Assembly: GCA_958295695.1 (NCBI GenBank)
Contig: OY282363.1
Location: forward strand, 1,738,225-1,802,224
Source of the DNA: an uncultured Alphaproteobacteria bacterium
Lineage (GTDB): Bacteria > Pseudomonadota > Alphaproteobacteria > SP197
Direction of reading: 5' to 3'
Length of the DNA stretch: 64,000 nucleotides
In this document: positions 38,520 to 49,949 of the stretch, piece by piece
Layout of the letters: the number at the start of each line of letters is the position of its first letter
Numbering within the stretch: the stretch's first letter is position 1
Position numbers and translations under genes: made by a program
Notes under the pieces: model-generated
Database searches by the model: none
The model's input: the letters and a program-made list of their open reading frames with translations, nothing else
Told to the model about the DNA's origin: nothing

Positions 38520-39521
38520 TCAGCTCATCCAGGGCGGCGTCGGTAGGTTGCGCTCCCGGAGGAACCCGGGATTGAAGATCTTGCTCTGGTAACGGGTGCC
38601 GACATCGCACAGGATCGTCACGATCGTGTGTCCCGGACCCATCTCCTCGGCCACCTTGACGGCGCCGGCGACGTTGATCCCGGTCGATCCGCCGACGCAA
38701 AGTCCCTCGCGCTCGAGCAGCTCGTAGATCGCCTCGAGCATCTCCACGTCGCTGATCCGCAGCGACATGTCTATGGGGCCGCCCTCGATGTTCTTCGTCA
38801 CCCGGCCCTGGCCGATGCCCTCCGAGATGGAGCTTCCGTCCGACTTGAGTTCGCCGGTCTGGAACCAAGTGTGCATGCACGAACCGAAGGGGTCGGCGAG
38901 CACGATCCTGACGTTCTCGTCGCGCTCCTTGAGCGCCATGCCGACGCCCGCGAGCGTCCCGCCCGTGCCGATGGCCGACACGAAGGCGTCGACCTTTCCA
39001 CCGGTCTGCTCCCAGATTTCGGGACCGGTGCTCTCGATGTGGGCCCGGCGGTTGGCGATATTGTCGAACTGGTTCGCCCAGATCGCGCCCTTGGGCTCCC
39101 TGGCGGCGATTTCGGCCGCCATGCGTTCGGATGTCCGGATGTAGTTCCGCGGATCCTTGTAGGGCTTGGCGGGCGTAAGGTGGAGATCGGCGCCGAGCGC
39201 GCGCAGGGTGTCCTTCTTCTCCTGGCTCTGGGTCTCGGGCATCGCGATGACGCAGCGGTAGCCCAGCGCGTTGCCGACGGTGCAAAGCCCGATCCCGGTG
39301 TTCCCGGCCGTGCCCTCGACGATGACGCCGCCGGGCTGGAGCTCGCCCCGCGCCTCGGCGTCCCGGATGATCCAGAGCGCCGCCCGGTCCTTGACCGACT
39401 GCCCCGGATTGAGGAATTCGCACTTGCCGAGGATCTCGCAGCCGGTCTTCTCCGACGGCCCGCGCAGCTTGAGCAGCGGCGTGTTCCCGACAAGCGAAAT
39501 CAGGCTGTCGTGAGTCGTCAT
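38520..39521 (-). CDS. cysK: Cysteine synthase (O-acetylserine sulfhydrylase) / CBS-like PLP enzyme
   Basis: Start at MTTHDSLISLVGNTPLL. PLP-lysine motif (NPGQSVKDRA) and GTAGNTG. Confidence 0.85.
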   Translation of the reverse strand: MTTHDSLISLVGNTPLLKLRGPSEKTGCEILGKCEFLNPGQSVKDRAALWIIRDAEARGELQPGGVIVEGTAGNTGIGLCTVGNALGYRCVIAMPETQSQEKKDTLRALGADLHLTPAKPYKDPRNYIRTSERMAAEIAAREPKGAIWANQFDNIANRRAHIESTGPEIWEQTGGKVDAFVSAIGTGGTLAGVGMALKERDENVRIVLADPFGSCMHTWFQTGELKSDGSSISEGIGQGRVTKNIEGGPIDMSLRISDVEMLEAIYELLEREGLCVGGSTGINVAGAVKVAEEMGPGHTIVTILCDVGTRYQSKIFNPGFLRERNLPTPPWMS

Positions 39522-40425
39522 GGCGGATGGGTCCCGATCGTACGGTCGCGGGCTGGGGCGCACCCTAGGCTTGCCGGATAGGGGGATCAAGGGAACGTCC
39601 CGGTTCGGGATACCGGCGACGGCGGGGGCTTCCGGGCAAGGCGACGGACCGAGGTTTGTCCGCCAGGGGCCCGGGCGCGGTCCGACGATATCGAACCCGT
39701 CGACAATGGAATTGCGACATCGGATCGTCGGGCGGCCTTGTTGCCGCCGCCGGCGCGTTTGCCGGGTGGCTCGGTCGGTGCGCGATCCGACGGCTTCTCA
39801 TGGGCATGAAGGGCGTCATCGACCCCCGGCCGGATACTTCCGGCGCATCCTGGAGATCTGCGAACGCCGCGGCGTTCCGGTCGTCGCCGGATTCCGTCGT
39901 CTGGGCGAGTTCCTCGCCTCCGATTCCCCGTTCGATATGGCCCCGGACCCGATCGCCCGCGCCAGGGGACCGACGTCGGGCTATCCGCCGATGGGCGCCA
40001 TGCCGATGTCGCGCGAGATTTTCGAGGTCGTCGGCAAGCCCATCCAAACCGGCGCCATGTTCGCCCACGCCCTCGCCCGTTCGGGCCATCCCGTATGCCG
40101 GTCGCCGGCGATGTCCGCGGCCGGAAGTTTGCGATCGGCATCGAGAGGGGAGATCGGGGAGCTACCGCCGTTGGACATCGCGCATCGAACCGTGCCAGAG
40201 AGCTCGGCCTTATCCCGAGGCTCCTGGGACATCTTGACGCCTTGCCCGCTCCTGGAGCGTGAACGGATCGACCGGACGGTCGACATTCCGCGCTGGAGCC
40301 CGCGGCGCACGCGGGACGATCTCGTGCGCGAGGACCCTTGGAAGGGTTGACGCCGGCGGCCGGTTCGCGCCGCCGTCGGGCAAGCGGGAGGTCAATAGGT
40401 CTCCGAACCTGGATGGGAGGATGAC

Positions 40426-41523
40426 ATGGAACGACTGGCGGAACGGCCCACCGAGAGCGTGGGGTTCCGACGGCGTGCGGTCGCGGCGTGGTTTGGCGCG
40501 CTTGCCGCTGCTCTGACGACCCTCGCCGTCTCTCCGGCGACAGCGATGGCCGAGGAAGCCATGCTCTACACACGGTCGGGCTACGACATGGACGGCATGC
40601 ACGGCGCTTATGTCGGAAAGCACGGCGTGAAGCCGGAGTTCACGTTCTTCCCCGACGAGGATGCGGCGTTCGCCAAGGTGCGAGCGGGTTTCACCCCCGA
40701 TGTTTCCACGATCTGCTCCTATGAGATCTCGCGGTGGCGCGACGCGGATCTGCTGCAACCCATCGACGAAAGTCGGCTCGGCAATTTCCCGGAGCTCATC
40801 GGTTCCCTGAAGAAGGTTCCCGATTCGGTCGTCGACGGCGAGCGTTGGTGGGTGCCGCTGGATTGGGGCAAAACGTCGGTCACCTATCGGACGGATATGG
40901 TCGACATGGAGGAGGAGAGTTGGGGTCTGCTCTGGGATCCGCGCTACGAGGGCCGCCTCGGCATGTGGGACGACGTGGTCGACGGCATGGCCATCGCGCC
41001 GATCTACATGGGGATCGATCCCTACCGCATGACGCCCGATCAGGTTGCCGAGGTGCGCGACCTTCTCATCGAGCAGCGACCGCTTCTGCGCTTCTACTCC
41101 AGCGACAGGCCCGGCATCGAGCGGGCCCTGGCGGCCGGCGAGCTGGTCGCCGCCGTCACGGCGACCGATTCCTACGTGAAGCTGAAGTCGGAAGGCGTGC
41201 CGGTCGCCTTCCTCAATCCGAAGGAAGGCGTCATGACGTGGTCCTGCGGGTTGGTCCTGATGAAGGACGCGCCGAATGTCGACAAGGCCTACGACCTGAT
41301 CGACGGCATGATCGGCGAGGAGGCCGGAGCGACCGAAATGCGCACCTTCGGGTTCGGCCACGCCAACGCCATGGCCTTCCAGATTCTCGAGGACGGGGAG
41401 CTGGAGGCGATCGGCCTGCCCCGCGATCCCGAAACCCTGCTGAACGGCGGCGTACTGCAGCGGGCTTTCGAGAACCGCGAGGAGCTGGTCGAGATGTACG
41501 AGGAAGTGAAGTCCGGCTTCTAG
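40426..41523 (+). CDS. ABC transporter substrate-binding protein, PotD/PotF (polyamine) family
   Basis: 365 aa with a signal peptide. Spermidine/putrescine-binding-protein-like. No adjacent permease or ATPase genes. Confidence 0.7.
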   Translation: MERLAERPTESVGFRRRAVAAWFGALAAALTTLAVSPATAMAEEAMLYTRSGYDMDGMHGAYVGKHGVKPEFTFFPDEDAAFAKVRAGFTPDVSTICSYEISRWRDADLLQPIDESRLGNFPELIGSLKKVPDSVVDGERWWVPLDWGKTSVTYRTDMVDMEEESWGLLWDPRYEGRLGMWDDVVDGMAIAPIYMGIDPYRMTPDQVAEVRDLLIEQRPLLRFYSSDRPGIERALAAGELVAAVTATDSYVKLKSEGVPVAFLNPKEGVMTWSCGLVLMKDAPNVDKAYDLIDGMIGEEAGATEMRTFGFGHANAMAFQILEDGELEAIGLPRDPETLLNGGVLQRAFENREELVEMYEEVKSGF

Positions 41524-41669
41524 CGGTCTCCGCGCGGGAATCCTTGTCGCCGGAGGCTTCCTCGGTCGCGAGGGGGCCTCCACGCGGTCCGGCCGCTTGG
41601 CGCGTCCGGCCATGTCCCGGCGGTCCCGGTCGCCACGGCCCGCTCGGCCTTTCCGCGCCGGCGCGGTCT

Positions 41670-41978
41670 TCAGTCCGTCCGAAGCGGGCGGTCCTTGAAC
41701 TCGACCTCGACGAAGCGGAACTCGCGGTCGTTGGCGTTGATGACGTTGTGCTCGACTCCGGCTTCGCGGGAGTAGGAGATCCCGCGGCGAAGCTCCGCGA
41801 CGGTCTCCCCGCCGTCCTTCGTCTCGATCCGCAGCGCGCCGTCGAGCATCGGGACGACCACATAGTTGTAGCGGTGGATGTGCCAGCCGGTTTCCGCGCT
41901 TGGCGCGAAGCGCCATTCGGTGACGCGCGTGAAGTCGTTGTCGTCCTGGACGGTGGGAACGGCTTGGGGTCGGCTCAC
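41670..41978 (-). CDS. Cupin domain protein
   Basis: GTG start preceded by a ggagagagatc Shine-Dalgarno-like sequence. Cupin motif GWHIHRYNYVVVPMLDG...GVEHNVIN. Confidence 0.5.
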   Translation of the reverse strand: MSRPQAVPTVQDDNDFTRVTEWRFAPSAETGWHIHRYNYVVVPMLDGALRIETKDGGETVAELRRGISYSREAGVEHNVINANDREFRFVEVEFKDRPLRTD

Positions 41979-42770
41979 GATCTCTCTCCCGTTCGGACGC
42001 CGCGGCCGAATCCGCCCTCGGCCGGAATGTTCCGGCCGGCAATGTAGACGGCTTCGTGGAACAACGGGAAGGCCCCCATGCGCGCCGGTTCGTCCGAATC
42101 GGCCGGCCGGGCGCATGGGGGAGGGCGTCGAGTTGCTCCCGGCTCCAAGTGAAGTTGCCGACCGGCCCGGGAGACACCGTGTTCATGTGGATGCCGTCGC
42201 GGGCGTGGCGGTCGGCGTACAGCTTCACGTAGCCGTCGAGCGCGCGCCGGATCGTGGAGCTGCTCGGGTAGGCGGCGTGCGGTTCCTTCGAGGCCATGGC
42301 CGAGATGTTGACGATGGCTCCCTTGCCTTGGGCCCACATGACCGGCGTCAGCTGTCTCGCCAGACGGACGACGTACGTGAACTACAGGTCGAACATGTCG
42401 CGCCGGTAGATGTCGTCGTGGTCGACGATGCTTCCCGTTCCCCGATGTCGAAGAATTTGCCGTCGCAATCGCCCCGGTCGCGCGACAACCCGGTGTTCGC
42501 GACCACGGCGTCGACCCGGTCGTGGGACGTCATGGCGCGATCGACGAGGCGAACCGGATCTTCGACCTTGGTTGACGTCCCTTGGACCGCGTCGGCCCCG
42601 ACCCCGGCGGCGACATCCTGAATGGAGTCCGAGCGGGCCATGATCGTCAGCCTGTAGCCGCGCCGCGCGAGTTTGCGCGCGCGGGCCGCTCCGATGCCCT
42701 TACCGGCGGCGGTCACCGCGGCCGCCGGCCCATCGCCTCCATCGCTGGATGCCCCTTGCTCGCTCAAGGC
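41975..42770 (-). pseudogene. Short-chain dehydrogenase/reductase (SDR) pseudogene (frameshifts + in-frame TAG)
   Basis: The SDR N-terminus (TAAGKGIGAARARKLARRGY...VVANTGLS) is in one frame, the central DMFDL*FTYVVRLARQLTPVMWAQGKGAIVNISAMA is in another with an in-frame TAG, and the C-terminus (PLFHEAVYIAGRNIPAEGGF) is in a third. Confidence 0.55.
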
Positions 42771-42973
42771 GGGCCGAATATCCTGACGACGTTCGCACCT
42801 CCCGTGGTCCCCCCGCAAGGGACGCGCGACGGGCCGGGGTGGGAGACCGGGCCCGGGGACCGCCGCGGCGCCGGTCTCCGGAAAAGTGTCGGTCGGCCGC
42901 CGGTCGGCCGGCGCCGGCGCGGGGGCCATGGCGCCTCGCGCGCCGTCAACCGCAAACGACACACAGGTGCAAC

Positions 42974-44368
42974 ATGCGACACAACTTCCGTTACGACGTG
43001 GATGACCTGCTGGCCAAGGACAAGGCCCACGCCATGCATCCCTGGCACGAGTTCGGCCGCTCCGACCACACACTGCTCGCCGATTCGGAAGGCATCTACG
43101 TCTACGACGGCGCCGGCAACAAGTACATCGACGGCATCGGCGGCATGTGGGCCGTCCAGCTCGGCTACGGCAACGAGGAGATGGCGCGGGCCATCTCCGA
43201 CCAGGTCCGGAGCATGGTGTACTACTCGCCCTGGTCGATGGCGACGCCGCCGCACGCGGAGGTCTCGGCCAAGCTGGCCACGCTGACGCCTGGCGACCTC
43301 AACCGCTTCTTCTATTCCACCGGCGGCTCGACCGCGAACGACGCCGCGGTCCGGTTCGTCCACTATTACTGGAACGTGATGGAGCGCTCCACGAAGAAGC
43401 ACATCATCACCCGCGCCGACGCCTATCACGGCAGCACGTACCTGGCGGATTCGTTGTGCGGCAAGCCGGGCAACGACACGCGCATGGAGCGCGTGACCGA
43501 GTGGATTTCGCACGTCTCGTCGCCCAATCCGTACCGCAAGCCCGACGGCATGACCGACGGGCAGTTCCTCGACCATCTGATCGACGAGCTCGAGGGCAGG
43601 ATCGAAGAGCTCGGCGCGGAGAACGTCGCGGCCTTCATCGCCGAACCCGTGCTCGCCTCGGGTGGCGTGATCGTGCCGCCGGACGGCTACCAGAAGCGCT
43701 GCCTCGAGGTCTGCCGCAAGCACGATGTGCTCTACATCTCCGACGAAGTGGTGACGGGCTTCGGCCGCATGGGCCACTTCTTCGCCTCCGAACCGGTGTT
43801 CGGCATCGTTCCGGACATCATCACCGCGGCGAAGGGCTTCACGTCCGGCTACATCCCGGCGGGGCTGACGGCGATCTCCGAGAAGCTCCACCGGGACATC
43901 GTCGACAAATCCGGCGATTCCGCGACATTCTCGATGGGCTTCACCTATTCCGGCCATCCGGTGGCGATGGCGGCGGCGCTCAAGAACATCGAGCTCATGG
44001 AGCGCGACCGCATCATGGAGCACGCCCGCGCCACCGGCGACTACTTCCAGGATCGCCTGCGTTCGCTGGCGGACCTGCCGATGGTCGGGGACGTGCGCGG
44101 CGTGGGCCTGATGGGCTGCGTCGAATGCGTGAAGAGCAAGACCGGCAAGGAGCCGTTCGAGGAGAGCCTTTCGGTCGGCAAGAGGATCGACAGGAAGTGT
44201 CAGGAGTATGGGCTCATCCTGCGCCCGATGTGGCACCTCTGCGTGTTCTCGCCGCCGATCATCATCTCGGAGGGGCAGGTCGACGACATGGTCGGGATCA
44301 TGGAGAAGGCGATCCGGGAGGTCGCTGACGACATGATCCGCGAAGGCTCGTGGGACGGCAAGGAGTGA
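42974..44368 (+). CDS. Aspartate aminotransferase family (class III, omega-aminotransferase-like) PLP enzyme
   Basis: Start at MRHNFRYDVDDLLAKDKAHAMHPW. Class III aminotransferase motifs (DEVVTGFGRMG; AAKGFTSGY). Confidence 0.85.
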   Translation: MRHNFRYDVDDLLAKDKAHAMHPWHEFGRSDHTLLADSEGIYVYDGAGNKYIDGIGGMWAVQLGYGNEEMARAISDQVRSMVYYSPWSMATPPHAEVSAKLATLTPGDLNRFFYSTGGSTANDAAVRFVHYYWNVMERSTKKHIITRADAYHGSTYLADSLCGKPGNDTRMERVTEWISHVSSPNPYRKPDGMTDGQFLDHLIDELEGRIEELGAENVAAFIAEPVLASGGVIVPPDGYQKRCLEVCRKHDVLYISDEVVTGFGRMGHFFASEPVFGIVPDIITAAKGFTSGYIPAGLTAISEKLHRDIVDKSGDSATFSMGFTYSGHPVAMAAALKNIELMERDRIMEHARATGDYFQDRLRSLADLPMVGDVRGVGLMGCVECVKSKTGKEPFEESLSVGKRIDRKCQEYGLILRPMWHLCVFSPPIIISEGQVDDMVGIMEKAIREVADDMIREGSWDGKE

Positions 44369-44373
44369 GCGGC

Positions 44374-45444
44374 ATGGGCGAGGAACGCTCTCCGGGGCCG
44401 GCTGCTGCTGCGGCGCGGCTCCGCCGCGCCGCTCTCGCGGCGCTGGTCTGCTGGGCGTGCGCGGGCCTGTCCGCTCCGGCCTCGGCCGGACAGGCCTGCG
44501 CGGAGGACGGCCGGACGCTCCGGGTCGGTTTCTACGCCTTCTTCGCGCCGGTCAGCTACAGCGCCGATCCGGATCCGGAGGCCGCCGGGTTCCATGCCCA
44601 TCGTGGCTATGAGGCGGATCTTCTGACCGCGCTGGAGGCGATGGACGGCGCCGGCCTGTCGTTCTCGCGCGCGGCGATCGCCGCCTGGGACGACATCTGG
44701 TTGCTCTCGGCGGGCCCGGACTACGATATCGTCGGCGGCGGCATCACCATTCTGGACTCCAGGACCGGCGACGCCGCGGGCGAGCGCCGGGTCGCGTTCA
44801 CCGCCGGCCATATCGCGTTCCGCCAGTCGCTGCTGGTCCGCGCCGCCGATGCGCAAAGGCTCGCGAGCTACGATGCGTTGACCGGCGACGTGCGCGTCGG
44901 CGTGCTCGCCGGCACGACGGGCGAGGCCCGCCTTCTGCAACTGACCGGGCTCGCCGACGGCGACGGCGTGCTCGCCGCCGGCGCGCGGATCGTCACGCCG
45001 GAAGGCGAGGCGGTGGCCGACGGCGGCGCGGATTTCGTCATCGCGGCCGCCGGCGCGTCGCCCGGCCTGGAGAAGCGGCTCGCCATGCGCCCGCCGGCTG
45101 ACACCATGCCGCAAGTGATCTATCTGGGCGGCGAGATGGGCGAGGCCGAACTGCTCGATGCGCTGCGCGACGGCGATATCGACGCGGTCGCCCGGGGCGA
45201 GCTCGGCAACCGCGAGGCGGCTCACCGGGCCGGCGGCGCCTTCGCGGTCGCCGCGCTCGACGCGCGGGTCGAGCACGGCGGTTTCACCGTCGCGGAAGGG
45301 CGGGACGACCTCGTCGCCTGCCTGGATGAAAAGATCGACTGGCTGACCGACGGGCGGCGGATCGGCTACGCCGCGTGGCTGGACAATCCCTCTGTGTTCC
45401 TCGACCGCGCCAGGCTCTGGAACGAGGAGGACAACCGCTCCTGA
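44374..45444 (+). CDS. Periplasmic substrate-binding protein, family 3 (amino-acid-binding type)
   Basis: Signal peptide, then SBP_bac_3-like bilobed domain patterns. Start follows the aminotransferase stop. Confidence 0.6.
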   Translation: MGEERSPGPAAAAARLRRAALAALVCWACAGLSAPASAGQACAEDGRTLRVGFYAFFAPVSYSADPDPEAAGFHAHRGYEADLLTALEAMDGAGLSFSRAAIAAWDDIWLLSAGPDYDIVGGGITILDSRTGDAAGERRVAFTAGHIAFRQSLLVRAADAQRLASYDALTGDVRVGVLAGTTGEARLLQLTGLADGDGVLAAGARIVTPEGEAVADGGADFVIAAAGASPGLEKRLAMRPPADTMPQVIYLGGEMGEAELLDALRDGDIDAVARGELGNREAAHRAGGAFAVAALDARVEHGGFTVAEGRDDLVACLDEKIDWLTDGRRIGYAAWLDNPSVFLDRARLWNEEDNRS

Positions 45445-45517
45445 CCAGCGCGACCGGGACCGGCGCCGTTTCCCGTTGTCCGAAGAGCCGGGCCGGATTC
45501 ATCCGTCCGGGCCGGAT

Positions 45518-47056
45518 CTAACCGGTGGCCTTCCGGTCCGCGGTCGTCAGGCCGCCTGTCGTCGCGATCTCGACCGGCGCGTTCAGAGCGCGCGCGAGGG
45601 AGGCGGCGTAGCGCTCCACCTTGTCGAGCGTGGCGACCGCCGCGTCCGGGCCGATGGCGAGCCGCAGGCCGTCGCCGGACCGCTCGACCGGCGTCTTTTC
45701 GAGCGCGAGTTCCCGGCCCGCGCAGAGCTCGAACGCAAGGCGAAGCGCCTTGCCGAGCGTCTTGGCCTCGGCGGCGGCGTCCTCGTTCAGGAGGCGGCGG
45801 CAGACCGACGCCGCGTCCGAACTCGAGGAGCCGCCGTAGCGCGCGAACACGGCGAGAGCGAGAAAGGCGCGCTGGGCGTGGTCGAGGACGGACCACGGCA
45901 TACGAAGGACCCGGTCGAGCGACTGTTCCGCGCGGTATTCGGGGTGCTCGCCCCAGCCCGTGTCGGCCAGGATGCAGGCGGCCCGGACCATGCGCGCGTC
46001 CGCTTCGACGAAGCGCTCGGCGACGGGCCGGAGCCACGCCTCGAGCGTCCCCGACATATCCGGGAACCGGCGGCGCCGGCCGGCGAGTTCGCTGCACGCC
46101 GAGAGCAGGGGATCGTCGGACCGGGCCGGCCGGTCGAGCATGCGGAAATGATGGCCTTCGCGAAGCCCGTGGGCCGAGAAGATCAGCTCGCCGGGCCCGA
46201 GCGCCGCCATGATCCGGTCCAGGGCGACGGCGCCCCAGGGCAGGGTTTCCGCGCGCTTGGGCGACACGGCGCGGATCCGCGCGATCGTCTCCCGGCCCAG
46301 ATGCTCCAGCATGCCGGTGAAGTCGCGCGCCTCGCGGCGGGCCATGCGATAACCGTGGACGACCCGCAGAGGGTAATCGTGCTGCGCCATGTGCAACCGC
46401 GCGATCGCGCGCCAGACGCCGCCGACGGCGTAGAACGACAGGCCGCGCCAGTCGCGGAGCCACGTCACGTCCCCGAGCGCCCTGTCGATGACTCGTGCGG
46501 CGTCCTTCAGGACCCCACCGGTGCGGCCGATCAGGCGCAACGGCCCGATGTCGAGCGAGGTCCGTTCGGCGATCGCGCCATCGCGCAGGGCGACGAGTTC
46601 CAGGCTGCCGCCGCCGAGGTCGCCCACCACGCCCGTGAGATCCGGCACGGCCGAGACGACCCCCATCGCCGACAGGCGCGCTTCCTCGTCTCCGCTCAGG
46701 ACCGTAACGCCGCGGCCGGTCTTGGCCTCGACCGTACGGCAGAAATCGACGCCGTTCTCCGCGCCGCGCACGCCCGCCGTCGCCAGAAGCGCCAGATCGT
46801 CGACCGGGACGTCGCGGGCGATGCGCACGAGGGCTTCCACGGCGTCGACCGCCCGCCAGAACGATGAATCGCCGAAGCGGCCGAGCCGCTCGACATCGGT
46901 TCCCAGGCCGACCACCGCCTTGCGGTTGACGATGGGGAGCGGCGCGCGGCTCAGCCGGTCGTAGACGACGAGGCGGATGGAGTTCGAGCCGATGTCGACC
47001 ACGCCGAGGCGATGGCTCGCGCCACCGACCAGCTCGGGCGTGAACCGCGAACTCAC
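45518..47056 (-). CDS. ppx: Exopolyphosphatase / guanosine pentaphosphate phosphohydrolase (Ppx/GppA)
   Basis: GTG start overlaps the ppk1 stop (GTGA). Ppx/GppA N-terminal ASKHA fold motif ([17 protein letters not shown]). Confidence 0.8.
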   Translation of the reverse strand: MSSRFTPELVGGASHRLGVVDIGSNSIRLVVYDRLSRAPLPIVNRKAVVGLGTDVERLGRFGDSSFWRAVDAVEALVRIARDVPVDDLALLATAGVRGAENGVDFCRTVEAKTGRGVTVLSGDEEARLSAMGVVSAVPDLTGVVGDLGGGSLELVALRDGAIAERTSLDIGPLRLIGRTGGVLKDAARVIDRALGDVTWLRDWRGLSFYAVGGVWRAIARLHMAQHDYPLRVVHGYRMARREARDFTGMLEHLGRETIARIRAVSPKRAETLPWGAVALDRIMAALGPGELIFSAHGLREGHHFRMLDRPARSDDPLLSACSELAGRRRRFPDMSGTLEAWLRPVAERFVEADARMVRAACILADTGWGEHPEYRAEQSLDRVLRMPWSVLDHAQRAFLALAVFARYGGSSSSDAASVCRRLLNEDAAAEAKTLGKALRLAFELCAGRELALEKTPVERSGDGLRLAIGPDAAVATLDKVERYAASLARALNAPVEIATTGGLTTADRKATG

Positions 47057-49248
47057 GCCCGGCCGCCGGCCGTCACGTTGCCCTTGCGGATCTGTTTCTC
47101 CAGCGCGCTTCCGCGGCCCGAAAGGCTGGGATTGGTCATGAAGAACCGGTGTGCGCTGAAGGCGTTTTCGGAACTGGCCGGCCGCCGGTAGACGCCGTCC
47201 TCGTCGAGCGTCCAGGACTGCTCGACATCGCGCAGGTTGGCGACCATGATCTGGTCGAGCACCTGACGATGCACCGTGGCGTTGCCGATCGGCGCCATGG
47301 TCTCGACGCGCCGGTCGATGTTGCGCGGCATCCAGTCGGCCGAGGAGACATAGACCTTGGCGCGCGGCGAGGGCAGGGCCTGTCCGTCGGCGAAACAGAA
47401 GATGCGCGAGTGCTCGAGAAAGCGGCCCACGATGCTCTTGACGCGGATGTTCTCCGACATCCCCGAGACGCCGGGCCGCAGGCAGCAGATGCCGCGCACG
47501 ACGAGATCGATCCGCACGCCGGTCCGGGACGCCTCGTAGAGCAGGTCGATGAGCTCGGGATCGACGATGGAGTTCATCTTGGCCCAGATGGCCGCGGGCT
47601 TGCCGCCGCGCGCGTTCTCGGTCTCCTTGCGGATGAGGCGCGCGAGCGTGTCGCGCATCGTGAGCGGCGCCATGGCGACCGCCTCGAGGTTGCGGGGCCG
47701 GATGTAGCCCGTGAGGTAGTTGAAGAGCCGGTTGGCGTCCCGGCACAGCGCGGGATCGGCGGTGAAGAGCGAGAGGTCGGTATAGATCTTCGCGGTGATC
47801 GGATGATAGTTGCCGGTGCCGTAGTGCACGTAGCTGGCGAGACGCCCGCCTTCGCGGCGCACCACGAGCGACGCCTTCGCGTGGGTCTTCAAATCGACGA
47901 AGCCGTAGACCACCTGGGCTCCGGCGCGTTCCAGGTCCCTGGCCCACCGGATGTTGGCTTCCTCGTCGAAGCGGGCCTTGAGCTCGACCACGGCGGTGAC
48001 CGACTTGCCGGCTTCGGCCGCCTCGATCAGAGCCTTCACGATGGGCGAGCCCTCGCTCGTCCGGTAGAGCGTCTGCTTGATGGCGACGACGGCCGGGTCC
48101 AGCGCCGCCTGCTCGAGGAACTGCACCACCACGTCGAAGCTCTCGTAGGGGTGGTGGACGATGATGTCCTTGGCGCGGATGGCGTCGAAGCAGTTGCCGC
48201 CGAAATCCCGGATGCGCTCCGGAAAGCGGACCGCGTAGGGAGGGAACAGCAGGTCCGGCCGGCCGCCCACGATGAGCTGGTCGAGATCGGCCAGGCCCAG
48301 CTCGCCGTTCACCTCGGTCACGTCGCCGGGGTCGATCCGCAGCCGGTCCATGAGAAGGCCCCGGAGCTCGGCGGGCATGCCGGCGTCGACGACGAGATCG
48401 ATCACGCTGCCGCGGCGACGCCGCTTCAGGGCCGATTCGAAGTGGCGGACAAGGTCCTCGGATTCCTCGTCGATCTCGATCTCGCTGTCCCGCACGACCC
48501 GGAAACAGCCCAGTCCGAGCAGGCGGAAGCCCGGGAACAGCCGCTTGAGATGCACCCGCACGGCTTGCTCGAGCGGAAGGAAGCGATGCGCGTCTCCGGG
48601 CAGGCGGATGAAGCGGTCGGTCTGCTGCGGCAGGCGGATGATCGCGTGGACCGGCTCGTCCTGTCCGGCGCGGCGCAGCTTCAGGACGAGGCCGAACCCG
48701 AAGTTCGGAATGAAGGGGAAGGGGTGGGCCGGGTCGATCGCCACCGGCGTCAGGAGCGGAAGGATCTCCATGTCGAACCAGCCGGCGAGCCAGACCTGCT
48801 CCTCGTCGGTCAGCTCCCGCTCTCCGACGAGGACGACGCCCTCGTTGTCGAGCTGTTCGCGCAGATCGCGCCAGGTTTCGTACTGTCGGGCGATCAGCCG
48901 GTTGGAGCGATCCTTGATCTCCCGGAGCTGTTGAACGGGCGTCAGTCCGTCGATGCTGGGCGTGGTCACGTTCGCGTCGACCTGCGCCTTGAGGCCCGCG
49001 ACGCGCACCATCTGGAACTCGTCGTGGTTGTTGGCCGAAATCGACAGGAAGCGCAGGCGCTCCAGAAGTGGGTGGCGCCGGTTCCGCGCCTCCTCGAGGA
49101 CCCGCATGTTGAAGGCCAGCCAGCTCAGTTCCCGGTTGATGTAGCGGCCGCGCGCCGGCGCTTCGGCCGCCGCCGGAGGCGCGGAACCGCCCGCCGCCTC
49201 GCTCGCGGGCCAGGCGTCGGACTCGGCGCGCAGGTCTTCCTCGACCAT
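47053..49248 (-). CDS. ppk1: Polyphosphate kinase 1
   Basis: Start at MVEEDLRA within ORF 47053..49395. PPK1 N-terminal, head and tandem PLD-like C1/C2 domains ([20 protein letters not shown]...). Confidence 0.9.
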   Translation of the reverse strand: MVEEDLRAESDAWPASEAAGGSAPPAAAEAPARGRYINRELSWLAFNMRVLEEARNRRHPLLERLRFLSISANNHDEFQMVRVAGLKAQVDANVTTPSIDGLTPVQQLREIKDRSNRLIARQYETWRDLREQLDNEGVVLVGERELTDEEQVWLAGWFDMEILPLLTPVAIDPAHPFPFIPNFGFGLVLKLRRAGQDEPVHAIIRLPQQTDRFIRLPGDAHRFLPLEQAVRVHLKRLFPGFRLLGLGCFRVVRDSEIEIDEESEDLVRHFESALKRRRRGSVIDLVVDAGMPAELRGLLMDRLRIDPGDVTEVNGELGLADLDQLIVGGRPDLLFPPYAVRFPERIRDFGGNCFDAIRAKDIIVHHPYESFDVVVQFLEQAALDPAVVAIKQTLYRTSEGSPIVKALIEAAEAGKSVTAVVELKARFDEEANIRWARDLERAGAQVVYGFVDLKTHAKASLVVRREGGRLASYVHYGTGNYHPITAKIYTDLSLFTADPALCRDANRLFNYLTGYIRPRNLEAVAMAPLTMRDTLARLIRKETENARGGKPAAIWAKMNSIVDPELIDLLYEASRTGVRIDLVVRGICCLRPGVSGMSENIRVKSIVGRFLEHSRIFCFADGQALPSPRAKVYVSSADWMPRNIDRRVETMAPIGNATVHRQVLDQIMVANLRDVEQSWTLDEDGVYRRPASSENAFSAHRFFMTNPSLSGRGSALEKQIRKGNVTAGGRA

Positions 49249-49384
49249 GGGAACTCCCGGTTGTCGCGCGGTTGTGCTAGAGCTACGGCGCTGAACGGCG
49301 GAACCATTATAGCAGCGATCGGTCCGGATTTGGACGGTCGCGGCTCCGGCCGGCGAACTCACCCGATCCGAAGGAAGCGCAGAG

Positions 49385-49897
49385 GTGCCGAACACGCTTT
49401 ACCTGCTTCGCCACGCCAAGTCGAGTTGGGCCGACGCCACGCTCGACGACCACGACCGTCCGCTCCAGGCCAGGGGGCGCCGGCGCGCAGGCGAGCTCAG
49501 GGTCTGGATGGAGGACCGCGACATCGGCTGCGACCTCGTGTTGTGCTCGACCGCGCTGCGGGCGCGCCAGACGCTCGATGTCGTACTCCCGGCGCTCGGC
49601 GGTCCCGATGTGCGCCACGTCCCGCGGATCTATGGGGCCGGGGCGGACGGCATCATCGAGATGCTGAAAGACGCCGACGAGGGGATCGAGCGGATCATGG
49701 TCGTGGGGCACGATCCCGTGCTGCGGCAGACCGCCATCGCGCTCGCCATGACGGCCAATGGCGACGCCATGGACCGCCTCAAGCGGAAGTATCCGACGGC
49801 GGCTCTTGCGGCGCTGACGTTCGGTTCGGCCGGCTGGCGAGCGCTGGCGCCGGGCGTGGCCCATCTGGAACTATTTTTTGCGCCGTCCGACCCCTGA
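49385..49897 (+). CDS. Histidine phosphatase family protein (SixA-like)
   Basis: GTG start. RHAKS catalytic motif ([11 protein letters not shown]) and the SixA-like size (170 aa). Confidence 0.7.
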   Translation: MPNTLYLLRHAKSSWADATLDDHDRPLQARGRRRAGELRVWMEDRDIGCDLVLCSTALRARQTLDVVLPALGGPDVRHVPRIYGAGADGIIEMLKDADEGIERIMVVGHDPVLRQTAIALAMTANGDAMDRLKRKYPTAALAALTFGSAGWRALAPGVAHLELFFAPSDP

Positions 49898-49949
49898 GCG
49901 GGGTTAGCATGGCCGGGGATGCGACGGCCGGAACGCGGGAGGTCGTGCG

